Part shown: piece after piece, positions 1-9,728 of the stretch
Position numbering within the stretch: position 1 is the stretch's first letter
How the letters are laid out: each line of letters opens with the position of its first letter
The notes under the pieces: model-generated
What the model was told of the DNA's origin: nothing
What the model saw: the letters and a program-made list of their open reading frames with translations, nothing else
Databases searched by the model: none
NCBI GenBank assembly: GCA_963807635.1
Contig: CAWEDJ010000018.1
Coordinates: 1 to 30,358 of the forward strand
Source: an uncultured cyanobacterium
GTDB taxonomy: Bacteria > Cyanobacteriota > Cyanobacteriia > Cyanobacteriales > Microcystaceae
Length of the DNA: 30,358 nucleotides
Direction of reading: 5' to 3'
Program-made: the position numbers and the translations under genes

Positions 1-2
1 AA

Positions 3-252
3 ACAATATATTTTGATTTATGGCTGAAACAGCGATCGCATCCCAGCACAATAAAAACGCGGTCATTTGTAAACTATTGAACAATCGAACTGACTATCAA
101 AAATTGTTCAGTACAAAAAACTGTAGGGACATAATATATTATGTCCTTAACTTCGTTTATAAACAAAGGATTTAACAGTCTTAAATCCCTACAATATATC
201 TTAATTTATGGCTGAAACTGCGATCGCATCCCAATAAAATAAAAACGCGATC
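3..252. repeat. Imperfect 62-bp direct repeat (3-64 and 191-252), each copy containing a HIP1 site
   Basis: acaatatattttgatttatggctgaaacagcgatcgcatcccagcacaataaaaacgcggtc vs acaatatatcttaatttatggctgaaactgcgatcgcatcccaataaaataaaaacgcgatc; 55/62 identical by manual alignment, offset 188 bp. Confidence 0.9.
123..149. repeat. GTAG-type REP-like palindrome
   Basis: GTAG (123-126) followed by the perfect 20-bp palindrome GGACATAATATATTATGTCC (127-146). Confidence 0.7.
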
Positions 253-276
253 GCCTAATCAACACCTTAAACTCAC

Positions 277-1991
277 CTAATAATAACGACCCGACTTGCG
301 ATGATGAACCGCCGTAACCCCTTCCCGTAAAACCTTTCCCTGCTCCGTTGTGGCATAAAAAACCCAATGATCACCACATTCCAGACGATTGATCACCCGA
401 CATTCCAAATAAGCCAGGGCATCCTCCAAAATCGGTGCGCCATTAGTTGCCGTACTAGTTTTAACCCCATCAAAACGGTCTTCCCCAGGAGAAAAAGGCT
501 TCAGAAAATGCTTCATCAAACCCAAATAATTTCCTTCAGGCAAAATATTTAAAACAAAAGCCGCATCCGTAAAAAGTAAAGATTCGATCGCCCGTTCCTT
601 CGCCACAGAAATCGTTAACCCTGGTGGAGAAAAAGTCGCTTGGGCGACCCAGGAAGCCAACATTGCCCCTTTTAATTCCCCCTGTTGGGTGGTAACAATA
701 CAATTTGAACCCACAATGCGCCCTAGAGCCTGTTCCGTCCGTGCCGATTGGGACTCATTGACAGAAGCCTTCGGTTGTCGAGCTTTTTTAGCTTTCTTCA
801 ACGTTTGGGCAAAATCCGTTCCTGCCTCCTCACAGGTTTTCAGCACTTGATCCGTCGCTTAAACTTCACCCGAATCGCGTCAAACCCAAAACGGAAGCCT
901 GCATCCCGAAATTTGGTTTCCAATAAATCGATCGCCTCTCCACTCCAACCAAAGGAACCGAAAACCCCTACTAACTGACTTTTATCCGCATTGGCAAGGG
1001 TAATCCCCAGGGCCGTTTGAATCGGAGTCGGAGCATGGCCGCCGAGAGTGGGCGATCCAAAAATAAATCCCGCCGATTGGGTAATAGCCGCCTTAATTTC
1101 GTCAGGTTCAGCAACTTCTGCATTGATCGATTCAACCCCGACCCCTGCTTTCGTAATGCCCCTCGCGATCGCCTGGGCAAGAGTCGCCGTATTTCCGTAG
1201 GCAGACGCATAAATCAAAGCCACCTTAAGGTCTTGGGTTTGTTGCGTACTCAACCATTGTTGATATTTGCTCGTTAATTCCGTTAGACCGTAACGCACCA
1301 GCGGCCCATTACAAGGAGCATAGAGAACCGCAGGTTTACTGCTTAATTTTTCTAAAGCCGTTGTGATTTGTTTGGCAGAAGGCGCGAGTAAACAATCAAA
1401 GTAATAGCGTCGATCCTCTTCATACACCGTCCAACCTTCATCTAATACTTGATCGGAACAGACATGGGCTCCAAATAATTTATCAGTAAAAAGAATCTGG
1501 GTAACAGGGTCGTAGGTACACATTTGATCGGGAAAACGAGGATTGGGGGTCGGGATAAATTCCAGTTGATGCCCTTGACCTAAATCCAGACTATCGCCAC
1601 TTTTAATCACCTTGAGGGTAAAGGTTTGATCATCTAAAATTTGCTCCAGGGATTGGGCGGCGGGATTAGAACAAACCAGGGTAATCTGGGGCGCGATCGC
1701 GAGCAAAGCTTTTAAAGTAGTCCCTCTATTGGGATTCACATGGCCCAAAATCAAATAATCCAGGGTTTTGGGGTCAAGGCGTTGGGTCAGGGTTTGCAGA
1801 AAAATATCGGTGAAAGATTCCCCTGGTGGATCAAAAAGGGCGATTTTTTCTGATTGAATGAGGTAACTATTAGCCGTTGTTCCCCGTTGCAATCCGTACT
1901 CAATTTCAAACTTGAGTCTATCCCAGGTGCGCGATCGCAAAACGAGGGTATCTAGGGCGATGGGAAATACTTGTACATCTTTAGCTTTCAT
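277..1991 (-). CDS. flv1: Class C flavodiiron protein Flv1 (beta-lactamase-like + flavodoxin + flavin reductase domains); one frameshift near 846-860
   Basis: RSRTWDRLKFEIEYGLQRGTTANSYLI, non-canonical HVNPNR metal site, flavodoxin YASAYGNT and GSPTLGG motifs, C-terminal GDH...VHHRKSG. ORFs 840..1991 and 277..846 join at RVKFK/..MLKTCEEAG. Confidence 0.92.
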
Positions 1992-2380
1992 AAATTTAGG
2001 TTTGTTTTAGGTTAAAATTAACGATTAATCACAATTGTTCTGATTCAAAAATACTCAAAAAAATAGACAAATTTTGTAGATTATTCAAAGATTGATTACA
2101 AATAAATTGCACTAAAAATCACAATAAAGAGCTTAATCCATCCTGTCAATATCGAAAAATGAAAGCTTATCATCTAGAAAAACAATAGATTTTTATCAGG
2201 ATAGCGTCTCAAAAAATATGATCAATTTCAAGCCCATCAAAATTTTTGTTTTTTAAACATCATAGATCCGAAAGCGACTCTGAATCCTTTATGTTGGCGA
2301 TCGCGGTCGAATCGAGAGCAGAACCCTAACGGTTATTGTAGGTTATTTGATTCGATGATCTATCCCAAGGGAACTCAAGC

Positions 2381-2386
2381 TAGTAT
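2381..2386 (+). promoter_or_regulatory. Candidate -10 element TAGTAT for the structured RNA/toxin-like transcript
   Basis: TAGTAT lies 13 nt upstream of the predicted RNA stem; no clear -35. Confidence 0.35.
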
Positions 2387-2399
2387 TGTGGAAGACAGA

Positions 2400-2485
2400 G
2401 GGGTAATGGGAGCAAGGTTCGACTAACTTCACTCACCGAGCAGAAGTCCCTGATGGGAAGCCGACATCATTGCTCATCCAACCCC
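2400..2485 (+). ncRNA. Candidate structured RNA (multi-way junction; 5' leader or processed sRNA)
   Basis: Closing helix GGGGT/ACCCC + TGG/CCA + GAGCAA/TTGCTC; internal hairpins ACTTC/GAAGT (extended by CTC/GAG) and TGATG/CATCA; GC-rich island in an AT-rich intergenic region. Confidence 0.5.
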
Positions 2486-2518
2486 AGTCACACCGACCTA
2501 AAACTAATTGCTAGTGTT

Positions 2519-2898
2519 ATGTCTAGACGAAAAAAAACCTTCCCCTGCGGCCACAAAGGATACGGACAGATTTGCCACCGTTGTATTCAGGAACAAAGCA
2601 CCTGGGAAGCCAAAAAACAAGAAAAAAATGAATGGCAATCCACTTTTGCTAACGATCCCATCGATTTACGCAATTTACCCAAAAATGTAGTGGTTAAGGC
2701 CCGCTCTATTTGGATGGATTGGCCGATCATCGGGATTATCGCGAATTTCATGGTAAAAGACTTAGGCACGATCGCTTTGTCATCAGTATTCCTGTGACTC
2801 GCCATTATCGGCTAATTTGTCGTGATCAAGGCAGTTTTGTTGCACCAGAAATGGTTATTTCTCACGAAGATTATAATGTCTGTAAACCTGGGGGTTAG
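2519..2898 (+). CDS. Small protein (~126 aa): N-terminal Cys/His Zn-knuckle and C-terminal RelE/ParE/HigB-like domain; one frameshift at 2708-2711
   Basis: MSRRKKTFPCGHKGYGQICHRC...KARSI joins LDGLADHRDYREFHGKRL...ISIPVTRHYRLIC...VISHEDYN if one T is added to the run in tctatttgg; the SIxV..YRLI...HEDY pattern resembles RelE-superfamily toxins. Confidence 0.7.
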
Positions 2899-3044
2899 AG
2901 TTAAATCACTAATTTTCTTAAAACGCGATCACCAAAGATATTTTCCGACTAAATAATCTTTTATAAAAAGCTTAAAATAAAATAATCGAGGATCATAATT
3001 ATATGGATATTTGGGAATTTAGATTAAGAAATTAATTTGATTGA

Positions 3045-3142
3045 TAAGAGGACGAACGCAGTTCAATAAACTCACTGAACACAATTCGCCCCCTACGGAC
3101 ACCCATTCTAATATTTGTGCAGGGGCGTAAGGCTTGCGCCCA
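3045..3142. repeat. Two degenerate GTAGGGGCG...CGCCCCTAC-type REP-like elements
   Basis: gaggacgaacgca...acaattcgccccctac (3048-3096) and gcaggggcgtaaggcttgcgccc (3119-3141; stem GGGCGTAA/TTGCGCCC). Confidence 0.6.
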
Positions 3143-3170
3143 ATAACTTCAATTAGGGATTAGCGCAATA

Positions 3171-3899
3171 ATGATCCAACAACTTTCTCCACCTCTCCAA
3201 ATTGATTACCCCGACAGCGATGGACAACCCATGGCCGATAATACTTTGCAATTTCAATGGATTGTTACCCTCAAAGAAAATCTTGAACTTGAATTTCGCG
3301 ATCGCGCTGATGTTTTTGTAGCAGGTGATTTATTATGGTATCCCGTCGAAGGAAGCAATCAAATTCGTCGCGCTCCTGATGTTTTAGTTGTCCTCGGTCG
3401 TCCAAAAGGTAAACGCGGTTCCTATCGACAATGGCAAGAAGATAATATTACCCCCCAGGTCGTCTTTGAAGTGTTATCTCCTGGCAATACCCTGGCAGAA
3501 ATGGCTCTCAAATGGGAATTTTATGATTATTACGGCGTGGAAGAATATTATCTCTATGACCCTGACAAAAACGATTTGACAGGATGGCAACGTCAAGAAA
3601 ACAAATTAACCGTTATTCTTGATATTGACCAATGGCAGAGTCCCCTTTTAGGCATTCGTTGGCAATTAACTCCTGAAATCTGGCAGATTTTTCGCACGAC
3701 AGGAGAACCTTTTTTTACTTTTTTGGAATTAGACCAACGCTATCAACTCGAAAAACGACGAGCCGAACAAGAAAGCCTTCGAGCCGAACAGGAAAAATCA
3801 CGGGCTGATAATGAAAAAGAGCGAGCGGATAACGCAGAAGCAGAATTGAGTCGTTTACGGGAGCTTTTAGCCGAAAAAAGAATTGATTTAAATGAATAG
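3171..3899 (+). CDS. Uma2 (DUF820) family PD-(D/E)XK putative endonuclease with a C-terminal coiled coil
   Basis: YPDSDGQPMADNTLQF, APDVLV, FEVLSPGN, YGVEEYYLYDP motifs; RAEQE/RADNE repeats in the tail. Confidence 0.93.
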   Translation: MIQQLSPPLQIDYPDSDGQPMADNTLQFQWIVTLKENLELEFRDRADVFVAGDLLWYPVEGSNQIRRAPDVLVVLGRPKGKRGSYRQWQEDNITPQVVFEVLSPGNTLAEMALKWEFYDYYGVEEYYLYDPDKNDLTGWQRQENKLTVILDIDQWQSPLLGIRWQLTPEIWQIFRTTGEPFFTFLELDQRYQLEKRRAEQESLRAEQEKSRADNEKERADNAEAELSRLRELLAEKRIDLNE

Positions 3900-3960
3900 C
3901 GATCGCCTTTAATCGTAAGATAGGATTGAGCTGCGATCGCCTTTAAAAAACGTAAAAACC

Positions 3961-5139
3961 ATGCAAATTTATCTAGACTACAGTGCGACAACGCCCCCCC
4001 GCCCAGAAGTGATCGAAACGGTTCAGAAAACCCTGGTCGATGGTTGGGGCAATCCTTCGAGCCTTCATGGATGGGGTCAACGGTCAGCTTTAGCCCTAGA
4101 AACTGCACGTTTACAGGTTGCTAGTTCATTAAACGCGCCCAATCCCGACTCGATTGTTTTTACCTCTGGGGGAACGGAAGCCGATAATTTAGCCATCATG
4201 GGTATTGCGAGACAATATACCCAACCCCAACACATCATCATTTCGAGCGTCGAACATTCCGCCGTTGCCGAACCTGTCCGTTGGCTAGAGAGCAGAGGCT
4301 GGCAAATCACCCGTTTACCCGTGAATCGTCAAGGTCGGGTGAATCCCTTAGATTTAATAGCCGCTATTCAGGTCAATACGGTCTTAATTTCTATTATTTA
4401 CGGTCAAAGTGAAGTGGGAACCCTCCAACCCATTGAAGCCCTGGGAAATATTGCGCGATCGCGGGGCATTTTGTTTCATACCGATGCGGTGCAGGTGATG
4501 GGAAGGGTTCCTTTGGATGTGCAGCGTTTACCTGTAGATTTGGTTTCCCTATCGAGTCATAAAATCTATGGTATTCAGGGAGCAGGAGCCTTATATGTGC
4601 GAGAAGGGGTGGAATTAGTTGCCTTACTCGGTGGTGGTGGTCAGGGACAACGGTTACGCTCAGGCACTCAAGCCATGCCCGCGATCGCAGGTTTTGGAGT
4701 CGCCGCCGAATTAGCCGCTTCTGAAATGGCAGTAGAAATTCCCCGTTTAATCGCCCTACGCGATCGCTTATTTGAAAAATTTGTCGATTCTCCCTTTTTA
4801 AAACCCACAGGCGATCGCCTCTACCGTTTACCCCATCACACCAGTTTTGTCATTACCGATCCCTGTGCCTGTGGTCGTAATGAACCTATTACGGGCAAAA
4901 ACCTCGTTCGTCAATTAAATTTAGCTGGTATTGGCATCAGTGCAGGAGCCGCTTGCAATAGTGGGAAATTAAACCCCAGTCCTGTGTTGTTAGCGATGGG
5001 CTATAGCGAATCAGAAGCATTAGGGGGAATTCGTTTAACGGTTGGTCGAGAAACCACGATCGCAGATATTGATTGGACGGCGATCGCCCTACAGCAAATC
5101 CTAGAACGATCAATGCCCCGATTAGTCGGAGTTTGTTAA
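3961..5139 (+). CDS. iscS: Cysteine desulfurase, NifS/IscS family (PLP-dependent)
   Basis: IYLDYSATTP, GNPSSLH, FTSGGTEA, HTDAVQ, SSHK (PLP lysine), RSGT, SAGAAC (catalytic Cys). Confidence 0.92.
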   Translation: MQIYLDYSATTPPRPEVIETVQKTLVDGWGNPSSLHGWGQRSALALETARLQVASSLNAPNPDSIVFTSGGTEADNLAIMGIARQYTQPQHIIISSVEHSAVAEPVRWLESRGWQITRLPVNRQGRVNPLDLIAAIQVNTVLISIIYGQSEVGTLQPIEALGNIARSRGILFHTDAVQVMGRVPLDVQRLPVDLVSLSSHKIYGIQGAGALYVREGVELVALLGGGGQGQRLRSGTQAMPAIAGFGVAAELAASEMAVEIPRLIALRDRLFEKFVDSPFLKPTGDRLYRLPHHTSFVITDPCACGRNEPITGKNLVRQLNLAGIGISAGAACNSGKLNPSPVLLAMGYSESEALGGIRLTVGRETTIADIDWTAIALQQILERSMPRLVGVC

Positions 5140-5147
5140 TTTCTCAC

Positions 5148-5178
5148 AAAAAAATAAAAAAGGCGGGATAACCCCACC
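5148..5178 (-). terminator. Intrinsic terminator for a minus-strand transcript
   Basis: Minus strand reads GGTGGG-GTTAT-CCCGCC-TTTTTATTTTTTT; the G-U pair forms only on the minus strand. Confidence 0.6.
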
Positions 5179-5381
5179 AAATGTTTCAGAATTACTGCTT
5201 TATTATAAGTTAAGGTCTTTAAATCGGCTGACCTCATTTGAATCACAGTCAAGATTATTTACGAAATGTTGTAATTATTGAGAATTCTTAATATTTTCTT
5301 TAGGATTCAAGATTAAACCCAATCAAATGTGCAAGTCTCTAAACGTTTTACGGTTAATATCATTAGAGCAATCAACACAAT

Positions 5382-5408
5382 AAAAAAAGACCCGCCGAAG
5401 CGAGCCTT
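5382..5408 (-). terminator. Intrinsic terminator of apcE
   Basis: Minus strand reads AAGGCTCGC-TTCG-GCGGGTC-TTTTTTT (UUCG tetraloop), 30 nt after the apcE stop. Confidence 0.85.
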
Positions 5409-5438
5409 AATTGAATGACACTTATCCAAAACGAAAAC

Positions 5439-8162
<2,724 letters not shown>

Positions 8163-8397
8163 TTAAGTATCTCCCATTAACAAATTGCGAATGCCTCAAA
8201 ACTAGGGCTTAAGATAGACCCAAGCTCAGGCTGATTAAAATTAGATGGTTAATTATGATTCAGCCTCTAGATTAGAATGATTCGGGTAGCATGGGGGGAA
8301 TTATTAAGAATTGTATAGATTTTGGGGATCACCCTTAAGTAACAACTTCTCACAAGTCCAAGGGGGTTCCCTCGCGATCGCAAACAGAGACAATATT

Positions 8398-9111
8398 TTA
8401 AGAGTTATTGCTGTTTGTTTTCGAGTATTTCCGTTTGAGGGTGATGCCAAATCCCAAGGCGATCGCCGATCCCAGAATCGTTACAGGCTCAGGGACAGAA
8501 GAGACCGCAATGACCGATTGTCGGAGACCCCCACAATAAATTCCACATCCTGTATTGTAGGCAACTCGAAATTCCTCTAGAGAGTTACCAGGCAATATGC
8601 CTGCATTGGGATCAATTGCTTGAAAGGTTAAGGTTGGGATGGAAATCGTCACACAGTAAGGCTGACCAAAAGGAGGGCCACCACCACAAAAATAATTCGG
8701 GACTTGTCCTGTTGCGCCTAACTTCCAACCCAAGGGGGTTGCCGAACTCAAAATTCTCGGATTGGGTGGAGCAGGTGGAGAGCCGACAGGAGTGAATGAT
8801 ACGGTAAATCCTATTAGCTTAGTCATTGAGTCTAACCCTGGAGATTTACTAACATTAACTTGAAAAGTATCAAGATAGTCTCCCAGTCCACCATATTGAC
8901 TGTTAGTCACAGAGGTAGAAACGGCTTCTAACGGAATAATATCAAAAGCTAAAACTTTAGAAGAATCGAGCTCTTGGATACCAGCAAGCATGAAAATACT
9001 GGTGGCGATCGCGTTAATTTGTCCAAATCGGGGTTTATTCGCTCTGATATTTTTGGAAAAATCTCTTTGCTTGACTGAATTTATACTGTTATTTAACATA
9101 ATTTTAACCAA
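8398..9111 (-). CDS. PEP-CTERM sorting-domain (exosortase-targeted) surface protein; ATG at 9099 is an alternative start
   Basis: C-terminal VPEP + hydrophobic helix (VTILGSAIALGFGITL) + basic KRK; hydrophobic signal-like segment near the N-terminus. Confidence 0.88.
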   Translation of the reverse strand: MVKIMLNNSINSVKQRDFSKNIRANKPRFGQINAIATSIFMLAGIQELDSSKVLAFDIIPLEAVSTSVTNSQYGGLGDYLDTFQVNVSKSPGLDSMTKLIGFTVSFTPVGSPPAPPNPRILSSATPLGWKLGATGQVPNYFCGGGPPFGQPYCVTISIPTLTFQAIDPNAGILPGNSLEEFRVAYNTGCGIYCGGLRQSVIAVSSVPEPVTILGSAIALGFGITLKRKYSKTNSNNS

Positions 9112-9728
9112 TCTAGATAATGATTTTTAAGTTAATTTATGAAAAGTAGAAATATTTTATTTACCTCTAAAATCTTTTTGAATTATATTTATTTTTTTAA
9201 AGAAAATGCTTATAAATATTGTTTAGAATAATTAAAATTGACCGATAATACTTGATCAAAAAAAGCCGAAGAAATCGGACTCTAATTCTTAACTATCTAA
9301 CCCATAGCTAACATCATTAACACAATAATTACCAAAAATGAAATAAGCTCTTCATAAAAATTAACAAATAAACCAAGAGTTGATAATATTATTTGGGTAG
9401 ATTTTTAATTATGCTCTTGTTTTTTGAGACAATCAACCCATGAAATATTTTATGAATAAATTGGCTAACTTTATTATGATTTGTTTTAAAAAATGCGATC
9501 GCAAAATTTCATTGATTTTAGCGATCTTGTCCATCTAATTTTCCCAATCTCTTGATCTCTAGTCATTTTACCGCTACTATCTCCAAGGCTAGACTCTATA
9601 TTTTAGCTTTTCTATAGAATCGAATTTTTAACTCATTAGCATCGCCTAGTATTGCCTTCCTTTGTAGACTGTCGTTAAGATGCAACAAGGTTTATACCAC
9701 AAATGCTTATCCTCACTCAGGAGCGATT

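Noticed and set aside
3..252. CRISPR array
   Set aside because: Only two copies, a 62-bp repeat and a ~126-bp spacer are outside CRISPR dimensions, and there are no cas genes in the window
2400..2485. Canonical tRNA gene
   Set aside because: GGTTCGA is on the 5' side rather than in the 3' arm, there is no 7-nt anticodon loop and the closing stem is bulged; kept only as a non-tRNA structured RNA candidate
2453..2518. N-terminal extension MGSRHHCSS... of ORF 2453..2797
   Set aside because: This ATG lies inside the predicted RNA hairpin; MSRRKK at 2519 gives a compact protein starting at the Zn-knuckle
5145..5237. 30-codon minus-strand ORF MRSADLKTLTYNKAVILKHLVGLSRLFIFL
   Set aside because: It runs through the terminator hairpin and U-tract, has no ribosome-binding site and resembles no protein I recognise
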